Counted from the stretch's first letter, positions 18,322 through 27,859 are shown. The stretch: DNA of 64,000 nt from an uncultured SAR86 cluster bacterium (GCA_902557645.1 CACEAP010000004.1:80649-144648); one strand, 5' to 3'. Notes: generated by a model not told the origin, from the letters alone. Translations and numbers: made by a program.

Positions 18322-19488
18322 TTAATTTCCAAGGCCTACTAGAATTGATCCAGAAACCATCCCATCAATAGTCTCTATCTCTTCATTAATTAATACGATA
18401 TTTGCTTGCGGCATAAGATTAGTTAAAAATTTATATTTATTTGCAGCCAGTTTTTCAACAACTAAAAAAGCTTCCGAATTATTTACATCTAAATCAACCT
18501 TAGTAATTTCAGGGATGTCTAATCTTTTAATGCTATCTAATCCAGCAATAGACAATTGTGAGGCCTGCTCTAGATTGTATGAAGTAATAACTTCATCAAT
18601 TTGTCTGCGAGGATTAACAACTCTATTAATATTTGGATTAATTTCTTTAAATAGTTTTATGGTTTCATCCTTATACTCTTCTGTATATGCATTATTTAAA
18701 AAAGTGGCTGAAATTGGATAAATCACCAATAGGGTTATAACTGCAATAGCAATTGAAATATCAAATTTATTTATTTGATATCTTTTTATCCAGTATTCAA
18801 AATGAAAACCAGAAATATAAAGATTTGGAAAAAATAGGTAACTTTTTAGAAAATCAAGATGTAATAAATTTATGTTGGTATCTTTTGGCTTGCTGTCTTT
18901 AAAAAAAGCAATGATTTCTTTATCGGTTGAAAAAAGCTTAGGCAGGAAATCTTTCCTCGAATCTTTAATCAGCTCAAGATATTTCTTTATATTCTCCTTG
19001 TACTCCGAAAAGCCCTCACCCTTTCCAAATGAAAAAATAAAACGACCAAATAATTCCAATATAGACATTTCATTTTTTGCATAGGCTAAAAAATGCTCTG
19101 GATATATATAAATTTTTGCCCCAGTAAGTCTCAATTGATTACTAATTAAGTTTAGGTATGTTTTTTCAACAAGTAGTGCTAGATTAAGATTATTTTTTCT
19201 ATAAATAAAAATTTCATTTTCAGATATATCGCTAACAACATAACTGTCTATATCTGATATTAGTTTTGCTTTGGCAGACTCCTCGCTTTCTTTTTTAGAA
19301 TTTTCAATTTCTACAGAGGTTATTTTTGAAGATGGTACAAAGAAAAAAATCTCTGAATCAGGGCCAACTAATGTTGAAATATCATTAATAATTATTTGTG
19401 TTTGAGATTGGAAATTATTTTTAAGGTAATGGAAAACCTCTAACTTATTACTGTCATTAGCGGAATTATGTATGAAATATCTATTCAT
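18322..19488 (-). CDS. gspL: type II secretion system protein L
   Basis: 388 aa with a cytoplasmic domain, one TM (ISIAIAVITLLVIYPI) and a periplasmic tail. It sits between gspK and gspM. Confidence 0.65.
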   Translation of the reverse strand: MNRYFIHNSANDSNKLEVFHYLKNNFQSQTQIIINDISTLVGPDSEIFFFVPSSKITSVEIENSKKESEESAKAKLISDIDSYVVSDISENEIFIYRKNNLNLALLVEKTYLNLISNQLRLTGAKIYIYPEHFLAYAKNEMSILELFGRFIFSFGKGEGFSEYKENIKKYLELIKDSRKDFLPKLFSTDKEIIAFFKDSKPKDTNINLLHLDFLKSYLFFPNLYISGFHFEYWIKRYQINKFDISIAIAVITLLVIYPISATFLNNAYTEEYKDETIKLFKEINPNINRVVNPRRQIDEVITSYNLEQASQLSIAGLDSIKRLDIPEITKVDLDVNNSEAFLVVEKLAANKYKFLTNLMPQANIVLINEEIETIDGMVSGSILVGLGN

Positions 19489-19497
19489 ATATTCTCT

Positions 19498-20472
19498 TTA
19501 TAGGCCATTGTAAGATCTTGAAATAATATATCCAGTTCTATTATTCTCAAGATAGATAACACTTTCTGCACTTACCTTTAATTCATCTTTTATTATCTCA
19601 GATTTAAGTAAAAATAAATTTGAAGTGAAAAAAATACTTGCATTGCTATTAGTAAAATCAATACTTGGAAAATCTTGCATGAGCTGTCGTATATCTATAT
19701 AACCATCCTTTGGGGTATTGCTAATAATTAATTTTGCATCATTGATAGATATATTTGGTAATACAGCCGTTAAAACTTCATAATCTGCTTCATTCAATAA
19801 GTTTATATTTACCTTTGACATTCCAGCAAATGGAACTACGCATATATTCTCCTTTAGTTTCTTCCAATCAAAGTAAGAAATTGCTGGGAGATTTTTTAAT
19901 TCAGATAAATCATAAAAAAGTCTTTTGCTAGTGTATTGCTGAGGTTTATGTAACGGCCCTGTATAAAAATAATCTTCAAGGCCACTTCCTCTAGGCTGAT
20001 TATCAACATCAATCCAATCTATCATCTGATCTAGTAACGAATCTATATTTCTTTCATCAAATTCTTTAAGGATTAATAATTTTTTAAATGCCGCTATGCC
20101 TTTTGGGTTAGGAATATAGTTATTATTTGATAAAGATACGATTGAATTTATATTTAAACAATTTGAAGCATCAGATAATTGTGCGAAGAGCTGCCCTGAA
20201 GGATGTTCATAATAAAAAGCGTCTTTAAACAAAGGATCTTCTTTAGTTAGAATTTGGCTACCAAATCTATTTTTCTCTTCAATTCGTTTAATTGAAATAG
20301 ACTCAATGTTGTGAAATAACTCTAAACTATTAGATTCTAAATCTTGGTACACAGACCTTTTGAAAGCTAACAAAAAATTACTTCCAATAGACATTGCTAT
20401 TGCTGATAAAACTAACACTATGAGTAGAACAGAAATTAATATAACGCCTTTATCTTTATTTTTTATATACAT
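19498..20472 (-). CDS. gspK: type II secretion minor pseudopilin K
   Basis: 324 aa with an N-terminal hydrophobic segment (KGVILISVLLIVLVLSAIAMSIG) lacking the conserved Glu5, as in GspK. It follows gspJ. Confidence 0.75.
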   Translation of the reverse strand: MYIKNKDKGVILISVLLIVLVLSAIAMSIGSNFLLAFKRSVYQDLESNSLELFHNIESISIKRIEEKNRFGSQILTKEDPLFKDAFYYEHPSGQLFAQLSDASNCLNINSIVSLSNNNYIPNPKGIAAFKKLLILKEFDERNIDSLLDQMIDWIDVDNQPRGSGLEDYFYTGPLHKPQQYTSKRLFYDLSELKNLPAISYFDWKKLKENICVVPFAGMSKVNINLLNEADYEVLTAVLPNISINDAKLIISNTPKDGYIDIRQLMQDFPSIDFTNSNASIFFTSNLFLLKSEIIKDELKVSAESVIYLENNRTGYIISRSYNGL

Positions 20473-21076
20473 AATCTATATTTGGATTAATAACCCATTC
20501 ATATTCAAGATTATTCCTAGTAAAGGTAATCTTAATAAGTTCAGGTATCTTTCTTTGAGTAATTAAGTCAATAGGCCAACTTGCATACCATTTTGAAGTA
20601 CCAAGGTAACTAAATTCAATTTCTGAAATATCTTCTAAAAGAGTTGTTTCAAAAAATTCATCATAAGAATATGGGTTATCTGCGTAATACTGTTTTCGTA
20701 TTAGTGCATTATTTTGATATAAGTATTCGACTCTTCTGATTCTTGAGGTTGAATATGATGCATTTACAAGAGTCGTGAAAACTAATGAATCAGAAGCAGT
20801 GTCAGCAATAAAATTACCTTTTAGATTATTTCCAAAATAATCTCTCATAGGCACATTAATAATTTGCCTTATATCCCTTCTTAAGATACTGGAAGCTATA
20901 TTTAACTCTTTTATGTTTTGTAATTTTTTAGAACTTTCATCTCTTGCTTCAACTGAGGATTGAAGAAAATTTGTTGAAACAACAGCAATAATGCTCAGGA
21001 TTACTATTGATACTAGTACTTCGATAAGAGTAAAACCTTTTGAATTATTTTTTAACAAGGTAGCCCCGTGCTTCAT
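20456..21076 (-). CDS. gspJ: type II secretion minor pseudopilin J
   Basis: Prepilin motif SKGFTLIEVLVSIVIL. At 206 aa it sits in the GspJ position in the operon. Confidence 0.8.
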   Translation of the reverse strand: MKHGATLLKNNSKGFTLIEVLVSIVILSIIAVVSTNFLQSSVEARDESSKKLQNIKELNIASSILRRDIRQIINVPMRDYFGNNLKGNFIADTASDSLVFTTLVNASYSTSRIRRVEYLYQNNALIRKQYYADNPYSYDEFFETTLLEDISEIEFSYLGTSKWYASWPIDLITQRKIPELIKITFTRNNLEYEWVINPNIDYVYKK

Positions 21077-21428
21077 ATATATAATTCGATGATGAAGATT
21101 TTTTTACAAGAATTGAATACTCATAAACGTTAATAGCCGGTCCTTTAGAAATTTCCTCTTTCCACTCCCATTCAATTCCAGCCATTAAGACTTTGCCATC
21201 CCTCGATCCAGTCCCCTTGGGAATATCAATTGTATTCATTAAGGCTACTCTGTTGGTTCCAACTTCCCTTGCTAGGTATCTATCCTCTAATTCATATGTT
21301 GATATTGTGGTTGATGAAATGACTTGAAATATCGCTATAACTGAAGTGCTTAAGATTAATAAAGCTATTGCTACCTCTAAAAGACTAAATCCTTTATTTA
21401 GATTTAGTTTCATTTTCAATTTTTCCAT
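21045..21428 (-). CDS. gspI: type II secretion minor pseudopilin I
   Basis: Prepilin motif NKGFSLLEVAIALLIL. About 120 aa. The true start is probably the second Met (MKLNLNKG) at 21413. Confidence 0.8.
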   Translation of the reverse strand: MEKLKMKLNLNKGFSLLEVAIALLILSTSVIAIFQVISSTTISTYELEDRYLAREVGTNRVALMNTIDIPKGTGSRDGKVLMAGIEWEWKEEISKGPAINVYEYSILVKKSSSSNYIYEARGYLVKK

Positions 21429-21936
21429 TTTGATGCAGTTTTATAAGTTGAATATACTCTTCTGACTCAATGTGCAATTCAGCACCTGAATTTTCTCCTG
21501 AAGGATAAAAAATAATAGCAGGAAACTCTGTTATATCATTTTTAAGTTCTATATCATCTCCATCAATTCCTTTAATAATCATTTTATTTTTAGAAATACT
21601 TTTCCAATTGTTATTTAATGATCCTGAAATAAATTCCGTATCTTTATTACCATCTGAGTCTAAAATGAATATTTTTTGTGAAGTACTATCAGGGAACCAT
21701 CCTAAAATATTGCCAGAAAGAATACTTTCTTCTGATATTATTTGAAAATTTCTTTCAATAGATGCTCTACTTTGAGTTACATTCTCAATTGAAGATGTAT
21801 TAATTAAAATTACTGAGGAGGCAATTCCAATAATTAAAAGAACAACAAGAAGTTCTAGTAATGTGAAGCCTTTATTAAGTTTACTGTAACCAGTTTCCAA
21901 TATCTGAGTTTTCACCAGTACCACCTTCCATACCAT
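21394..21936 (-). CDS. gspH: type II secretion minor pseudopilin H
   Basis: Prepilin motif NKGFTLLELLVVLLIIG. The track start overlaps gspG by 56 nt. A TTG at 21900 would give a normal 10-aa leader and is more likely. Confidence 0.75.
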   Translation of the reverse strand: MVWKVVLVKTQILETGYSKLNKGFTLLELLVVLLIIGIASSVILINTSSIENVTQSRASIERNFQIISEESILSGNILGWFPDSTSQKIFILDSDGNKDTEFISGSLNNNWKSISKNKMIIKGIDGDDIELKNDITEFPAIIFYPSGENSGAELHIESEEYIQLIKLHQNGKIENETKSK

Positions 21937-22309
21937 CAGCTCCTAAAGTATATAAGTCATAATCTTTAGATTTCTGAGGCGGATGTTCGTATATATATTC
22001 ACGACCCCATGGATCAAGAGGAATAGAATTAATATAACCATCTTCAGGATACAGAAATGGTCTTTTTAATTCTGAATGAGGAACAATAAGTGCGTCTAAG
22101 CCTTGTGAAGTTGAAGGATAACTTAACTCATTAAATTTATATAGCTCTAGGGCTTTACCAGTTTGGGCAATGTCTGCTTTAATTTTTTCTAAGTTAGCTC
22201 TTTGCAAGAAAGGTGAAACATTTACTGCAACAATTGTTGTTAGAATACCTAATATGACTATAACTGCCATAAGCTCTATTAATGTAAAACCTTTTTGTTT
22301 GTGCTTCAT
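21881..22309 (-). CDS. gspG: type II secretion major pseudopilin G
   Basis: MKHKQKGFTLIELMAVIVILGIL plus the conserved LDPWGREYIY block. 142 aa. Confidence 0.92.
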   Translation of the reverse strand: MKHKQKGFTLIELMAVIVILGILTTIVAVNVSPFLQRANLEKIKADIAQTGKALELYKFNELSYPSTSQGLDALIVPHSELKRPFLYPEDGYINSIPLDPWGREYIYEHPPQKSKDYDLYTLGADGMEGGTGENSDIGNWLQ

Positions 22310-22314
22310 GTTTT

Positions 22315-23511
22315 TTATCCAAGTGTAAGTGCATTCATTTGCATTATAGGTATAAGTATAGCGAGAACTATCAGCAGAATAAAACCACCCATAAATATTG
22401 TTATTGCAGGTTCGAGAAGAGAGAGTAAAACATTTCTTTTGGATTCAATCTCAGACTTCATGAAATCTGAAACTTTTTTAAACATCTTTACTAAATTACC
22501 AGACCGATAACCACTAGATATTAATTGAATAAAAATATCAGGAAATATTTGTGTCTTACTCAAAGCATTAACAAAATCTTTTCCTTCAACAACCTCCCTT
22601 CTTGCATTAATTATTGAGTTTTTTAAAAATTTATTATCCAAAACTTTTGCAGCTTCATCCATTGCTAGATCAAGATTCATACCTGAATGTGTTAACAAAT
22701 ACATTGTGCTAGAGAATCTCTCTATTTCACTATTTAAAATAAACTTACCCACCAAAGGAAAGGAAAGTAATTTTTTATGAGCTTTAATATGATTATCTTT
22801 GTTTGAAGTGTATGACTTATAAAAAAAACCTAAAGAAGTAATTGCAAGAAAAATTGCTAATACAATATAAATAATATTATTAGAAAGAGTTAAAAGAGCT
22901 GAAGTCAAAAATGGCAGTTCTGCTCCAGCCTTGATAAATTGACCAACAACTTGAGGCATTACAAATACAAGTAAAGCTACAATAACCATAACACAAAAGC
23001 CTATTAAGATAATTGGATAAGCCAATGCTGAAAATATTTTTTGCTTTACAGTTGCACTTTCTTCTAAATAATCTGCAAGATTTTCAAAAATAATGTCTAA
23101 ATTTCCTGAACTATCTCCTGCAGTTACGAGCGAAACATACGTATTTGAGAAAACTTGAGGATATTTTTTCATGGCTTGACCTAATCTCTTACCCTGAATA
23201 ACTTCATCTCTTAAAGTGTAAAGAACATCAACTATAATCTCATTATTATATTGATCTGCAGTAATTTTTAAAGCTTCATCGATAGAAGTATCAGCATCTA
23301 ATAATGTTGCAATTTGTCGAGTAATTAAGACTAGATCTTTATCTTTAACTTTAGTTTTATTAGCTAAGCTTTTATTAGACTCCTTTATATATAAAGGTGT
23401 TAAATTTAAATCTTTAATAGCCTTTCTAGCATCCCTCTCTGAGGCAGCTGTTAAAAAGCCTTTTTCTTTTTTTCCAGAATTGTTAAAAGCAGTATAACTA
23501 TAAGCTGGCAT
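22315..23511 (-). CDS. gspF: type II secretion inner-membrane platform protein F
   Basis: 398 aa with two repeated GspF-type cytoplasmic domains and three TM segments. It lies between gspE and gspG. Confidence 0.92.
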   Translation of the reverse strand: MPAYSYTAFNNSGKKEKGFLTAASERDARKAIKDLNLTPLYIKESNKSLANKTKVKDKDLVLITRQIATLLDADTSIDEALKITADQYNNEIIVDVLYTLRDEVIQGKRLGQAMKKYPQVFSNTYVSLVTAGDSSGNLDIIFENLADYLEESATVKQKIFSALAYPIILIGFCVMVIVALLVFVMPQVVGQFIKAGAELPFLTSALLTLSNNIIYIVLAIFLAITSLGFFYKSYTSNKDNHIKAHKKLLSFPLVGKFILNSEIERFSSTMYLLTHSGMNLDLAMDEAAKVLDNKFLKNSIINARREVVEGKDFVNALSKTQIFPDIFIQLISSGYRSGNLVKMFKKVSDFMKSEIESKRNVLLSLLEPAITIFMGGFILLIVLAILIPIMQMNALTLG

Positions 23512-25000
23512 CTTCTTTAAGGTTATTTAACCTAATAATTTCTTCACATGATGTGATGCCACTTATTATAAGCTCTTTGCTTGCTTCATCTATAGAGGGT
23601 TGATCTTTAAACACGTGATCAACAATCTTGCTTTCTGATGCTTTTTGATGAATAAGATCTCTAGTTATTGCATCAACTTGAATACATTCTGCTATAGCAA
23701 TCCTTCCTTGGAAACCAGAAAAAGAGCATTCTTCACAGCCTCTAGCTGTAAATACCTTAGAGTTATTTTTTAGGTTAAATAATTTGATAGCCTCTGATGA
23801 TGGTGCAACTTCCTCTTTGCAATTATTACAAAGTCTTCTTACAAGCCTTTGGGAGATAATTGATCTTAAGCTTGATGATAATAAAAATGATTCTATACCC
23901 ATATCTCTTAATCTAGTAATTGCGCCAACAGCGCTATTAGTATGAACTGTTGAAAGAACTAAGTGACCCGTTAGGCTCGATTGAATTGCAATTTGAGCAG
24001 TTTCAACATCTCTAATCTCTCCTACCATCATTACATCTGGATCTTGTCGAAGCATAGCTCTTAAACCTTTAGCAAAGCTATAACCAGTTTTTGTATTTAC
24101 TTGAGTCTGCCCTATTCCTTTTAAAGTATATTCAATAGGGTCTTCTACGGTTAATATATTTTGCGAAGAATCACTTAACTCTCTTAATCCAGCATATAAA
24201 GTTGTAGTTTTACCAGATCCTGTAGGACCTGTAAAAAGAATTATACCTTCAGAGCTTTTTAATGATTTTTTATAATTGTTTAAGATCTGCATAGGAAGAC
24301 CTAAGTCATCAATATTTATTTGTGCAGACTGCTTATCAAGTAATCTTAAAACAATTCTTTCACCATATGATGATGGAAGTGTGGATACTCTTACATCAAC
24401 ATTTTTATCTCCCAATGAAAGTGAAACTCTGCCATCTTGAGGCAGTCTTCTTTCAGATATATCTAATCTGGATATAATTTTTATTCTAGCTATTACTAAA
24501 GAGGCTATCCTGCTATCTTGTGATAAAACCTCTTTTAATATTCCATCAATTCTAAACCTAATAACTAATTGATCTTCATAGGGTTCAAAATGCACATCTG
24601 AGGCCCTTTGTTTTATAGCTTGGCTGATAATTCCGTTAATAAGTTTAATTATCGGCGCATCATTATTGCCATTGAGGAGGTCTTCAGTAGGAGCAATATT
24701 TCCTGCAAAAGATTCAAGATCAAAATCATCAGACAATTCTTCAGAGATTTTTTCTGAAGAATCTTTTGAATCAAATGACTTGGTTAACATCTCATTAAAT
24801 TCTTCAGCTGAACATTTATTAATATCAAGTGGTTTATCTAAAAAACGACATAATTCTTGATAGGTATTTATATCAATATGATTTGGTGAATAAACTTTAC
24901 ATATGTCATCATCCTCTAAAGCTATTATCATTCTTTCACGAACATAATCGTATGGAAGATTGCTAGTTGTATCTAGATTTTTTGATGTTAAATCATCCAT
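23498..25000 (-). CDS. gspE: type II secretion ATPase E
   Basis: Walker A GPTGSGKTTT, Asp/His boxes, and the tetracysteine CNNC…CEEC typical of GspE. Confidence 0.95.
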   Translation of the reverse strand: MDDLTSKNLDTTSNLPYDYVRERMIIALEDDDICKVYSPNHIDINTYQELCRFLDKPLDINKCSAEEFNEMLTKSFDSKDSSEKISEELSDDFDLESFAGNIAPTEDLLNGNNDAPIIKLINGIISQAIKQRASDVHFEPYEDQLVIRFRIDGILKEVLSQDSRIASLVIARIKIISRLDISERRLPQDGRVSLSLGDKNVDVRVSTLPSSYGERIVLRLLDKQSAQINIDDLGLPMQILNNYKKSLKSSEGIILFTGPTGSGKTTTLYAGLRELSDSSQNILTVEDPIEYTLKGIGQTQVNTKTGYSFAKGLRAMLRQDPDVMMVGEIRDVETAQIAIQSSLTGHLVLSTVHTNSAVGAITRLRDMGIESFLLSSSLRSIISQRLVRRLCNNCKEEVAPSSEAIKLFNLKNNSKVFTARGCEECSFSGFQGRIAIAECIQVDAITRDLIHQKASESKIVDHVFKDQPSIDEASKELIISGITSCEEIIRLNNLKEDASL

Positions 25001-25001
25001 T

Positions 25002-26855
25002 TTATTTAGACTTTGTTAAATCAATTAATTCAATTTCTGAGCCTCGAGATAATTGTTCAGCTTTTATAAAATTGTACTTTTCAGCCGAGAGTTCATTAAT
25101 TGAATCTGAATCAACTAGAATCGTTGGTCTAATAAAAACAAATAATTTTTTCTTGATAACTTGATTTGAAGATGATTGAAATAATTTTCCTAGAACTGGT
25201 ATAGAGCCCAAAAGAGGAACCTTGGAAACATTTTCTTGTATATCCTCATCTATCAAGCCACCTAAAACTATTATTTGTTTGTTATCCGCTAAAACTGTGG
25301 TTTCAATAATTCTATTATTTGTAATTAAATCGACGCCGCTTGAGTAAGTCCCAGCAACACTTGAAACTTCTTGAATAATATTAAGAATTACAGAGCTACC
25401 TTCGTTTATTTGTGGAGTAACTTCTAATTTAATACCAACCTCTTCTCTTGAAGTTGTTCTAAATGCATTAATATTACTAGAACCTAAGCTCTCGCCAGTA
25501 GTAACAGGTATCTCTTGCCCAACTAAAAGTTTAGAGGGTGTGTTATCCATAGCTATTACTGATGGAGTAGATAAGATATTTGAATTCTGATCATTAGCAA
25601 CAGCATTGATAATACCTACAAAGTTGTCTGCCCCTGTAAGATCACCAAAACCTGCTATTAAACCCTGAGCTCCAAGCAATGAAGAAGTCGCAACTTGACC
25701 TAATGTAGCATCAGTACCATCAGAGGCAGCAGAGCCAGCTAGAGCTAAGAGATCAGGTCCTGTACCAACATCAAAAGCAGTTACACCTATAGGTATATCT
25801 CCATCTTTAGCTCCAGTATAAATTGTTTCTACACCAAGGTTTTTTGCAGCTGTTTCTGATAATTCAACGATAATTGCCTCAACTAAAACTTGCGCTCTTC
25901 TAATATCTAGTTTTGAAATTAAATTCCTAATTCCAGGAAGATTAGATTCCTCTGAAGAAATAACTAATGAATTAGTTTTTTCATGATGAGTAATAACGGT
26001 CTTAATTCCATCAGGACTCGCAGCAAACCTATCAGAAACACTATTTAAAATAGCAGCAACTTCCTCGGCTTTAGCATATTTTAAATAGATAACATCAATA
26101 GACTTATCTGCTTTTACATCGGCATCTAGAGAAAATAAAGTTTTTTCAACATTTGATGTAATTGTTGAATTGGCAGACAGAATAACTGAGTTAGATGGAC
26201 TAAATGGTATGGCAACAAAATTATTAATAGTTGGATTATTTTGTGCTTTGAGTTTTTCTAAAATCCTTACAGCTTCTATAGAAGACAGGTTCTCAAGTTT
26301 TATGATTGAAATTTTTGCACTATTATCTTTATCAAGATCTTTTAATAAACTTTTTATTCTATTTACATTACTTAGTCTATCAACTAAGAGCACTGAATTA
26401 ATAGAAGGAATACTTGAAAGATGAGATTGTCTTCCGGTAATTGGTTTAATCATTGGTATAACTTCAGCAGCAGAGCGATTTATTAATGGAATAACGGCAG
26501 TTAGAAAATTACCATTTTGATTATCAATATCATTCTTATCTCTGGTAGCTTCATTTTCTGGCACGATTCTAACAACACCGTTATCAGAAACTGAACTAAA
26601 ACCATTCACTTGTATGGTTCTAAGATAAACATCCCAAACCTGTTCACTATCAAGGCTTGCATTTGAATAGATAGTTATTTTACCTTTGACTCTAGGATCT
26701 AAGATGATGGTTTTTTTAGCAAATCTTGCAATATCTTGAGAAACTTTTTTTATATCAGCATCTTCATAATTGAGAACAAAAGAATCCTGCGAAGCTGCAA
26801 TCAAAGGAAGTCCAATTAACAATGAATAAAAAAATAATCTAAAAGATTTCCACAT
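25002..26855 (-). CDS. gspD: type II secretion secretin D
   Basis: Signal peptide, N0-N3-like repeats, and a secretin core (…VPLLGSIPVLGKLFQS…). Confidence 0.92.
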   Translation of the reverse strand: MWKSFRLFFYSLLIGLPLIAASQDSFVLNYEDADIKKVSQDIARFAKKTIILDPRVKGKITIYSNASLDSEQVWDVYLRTIQVNGFSSVSDNGVVRIVPENEATRDKNDIDNQNGNFLTAVIPLINRSAAEVIPMIKPITGRQSHLSSIPSINSVLLVDRLSNVNRIKSLLKDLDKDNSAKISIIKLENLSSIEAVRILEKLKAQNNPTINNFVAIPFSPSNSVILSANSTITSNVEKTLFSLDADVKADKSIDVIYLKYAKAEEVAAILNSVSDRFAASPDGIKTVITHHEKTNSLVISSEESNLPGIRNLISKLDIRRAQVLVEAIIVELSETAAKNLGVETIYTGAKDGDIPIGVTAFDVGTGPDLLALAGSAASDGTDATLGQVATSSLLGAQGLIAGFGDLTGADNFVGIINAVANDQNSNILSTPSVIAMDNTPSKLLVGQEIPVTTGESLGSSNINAFRTTSREEVGIKLEVTPQINEGSSVILNIIQEVSSVAGTYSSGVDLITNNRIIETTVLADNKQIIVLGGLIDEDIQENVSKVPLLGSIPVLGKLFQSSSNQVIKKKLFVFIRPTILVDSDSINELSAEKYNFIKAEQLSRGSEIELIDLTKSK

Positions 26856-26857
26856 AA

Positions 26858-27250
26858 CTATTTTCCAACCTTATTTTCTAATTTGTATAGTTTACCTGAT
26901 GCACTAAGAACAATTTCATCTGGACTTACACTCACAAGTTCGTATGTATTTTCTAAAATATCACCCTCATATAAAACAAATTCTTTACTGCCTTTTTTAA
27001 GGATTACAGATGAGTTAGCCTCACCAAACCTATAACCTACAATTATATAATCAAATTCAGCTTTATTTATATTAGTAACTTCCGCATTTTGAGCCTCAAT
27101 ATTAGAATTCTTGATCTTATCAAGATTTGTAAATCTAATATCTTTGATTTCAGGCTTATTAATAAAACTAATTAAAAGCAAAGAAAGTAGCAATAGTAAC
27201 AACAATGCGACTAATGTATTGATAATTCTTTTAATTTTTCTAGTGTTCAT
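26858..27250 (-). CDS. gspC: type II secretion protein C, minimal form (TM + HR domain, no PDZ)
   Basis: First gene of the operon. It has an N-terminal TM (LLLLLLSLLLISF) and a C-terminal HR/PilP-like segment (VILKKGSKEFVLYEGDILENTYELVSVSPDEIVL). Only 130 aa. Confidence 0.6.
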   Translation of the reverse strand: MNTRKIKRIINTLVALLLLLLLSLLLISFINKPEIKDIRFTNLDKIKNSNIEAQNAEVTNINKAEFDYIIVGYRFGEANSSVILKKGSKEFVLYEGDILENTYELVSVSPDEIVLSASGKLYKLENKVGK

Positions 27251-27285
27251 AATAAAAAAGAGCTACATAGTGTAGCTCATTTTTT
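27251..27285 (-). terminator. terminator-like hairpin immediately upstream of the gspC ATG
   Basis: The minus strand reads GAGCTACA-cta-TGTAGCTC followed by TTTTTTATT, then ATG. A and T runs flank both sides, so it could act bidirectionally. Confidence 0.55.
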
Positions 27286-27294
27286 ATAAATCTT

Positions 27295-27312
27295 AGTGAA
27301 ATCTATGTGAAA
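27295..27312 (-). promoter_or_regulatory. Pho-box-like direct repeat at the gsp operon promoter
   Basis: The minus strand reads TTTCACA-TAGA-TTTCACT, then 6 nt, then TATAAA (27283-27288). The architecture matches the perfect box at 27793-27810. Confidence 0.45.
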
Positions 27313-27413
27313 TCTAAAAACTAAATTTAATAGTTTAATCCTGATAATTTTACTACTTTAGTAAGCCTACCAGACTTCATAATATGATTTAGTTTACCAA
27401 AATGATACTTTAA

Positions 27414-27698
27414 TCATGCCATTCTCTTCAATTCTGAGAACTCACATGTCTTGAAACCATTTGGTTTGGTGACTTTAAAGGTGTTTCTTATAGTATTCTT
27501 AGATTCAAAATACTTCTTACCTTTTAGACAGTCAGGCGTTAAGATTTGACCCCTATAGTATGAGTCATCTTTAAGTTCGAATATGATACTCGAATCTTTC
27601 ATGAAGTATATTTTCTTTATATCGGATTTATTTAACTTTTCATCTGCCTGTGCAAATCCAACTAAAAACAAGGCAGATATTATTGCGTATTTTAACAT
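27414..27698 (-). CDS. 94-aa secreted protein, unknown function
   Basis: Signal peptide MLKYAIISALFLVGFAQA, two Cys residues, and a strong SD (CAGGAGATTGAT-ATG). A Pho box lies upstream. Confidence 0.6.
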   Translation of the reverse strand: MLKYAIISALFLVGFAQADEKLNKSDIKKIYFMKDSSIIFELKDDSYYRGQILTPDCLKGKKYFESKNTIRNTFKVTKPNGFKTCEFSELKRMA

Positions 27699-27792
27699 AT
27701 CAATCTCCTGTTATGTTTGAAACTATCTGACAACTGGACTTCGACTTCTCTACTTGCTCTTTGTGTCGTAATTGTTTCAATTATGTGTCAAA

Positions 27793-27810
27793 TGTGACAA
27801 ATATGTGACA
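27793..27810 (-). promoter_or_regulatory. Pho box (two perfect TGTCACA repeats, 4-nt AT spacer)
   Basis: The minus strand reads TGTCACA-TATT-TGTCACA, then TTTGACA, then CATAAT. A third degenerate repeat ACACATA follows in phase. The site is 95-112 nt upstream of the 94-aa ORF. Confidence 0.65.
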
Positions 27811-27859
27811 TATAGTAAATAATCTCAATAAGAATGTAAAGAAATATGTGTAAATATAC

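Noticed and set aside
21901-21936. A 56-nt overlap of gspH with gspG implied by the track start.
   Set aside because: It would give an abnormally long 23-aa prepilin leader. An in-frame TTG at 21900 gives a normal leader, so the overlap is probably an ORF-calling artefact.
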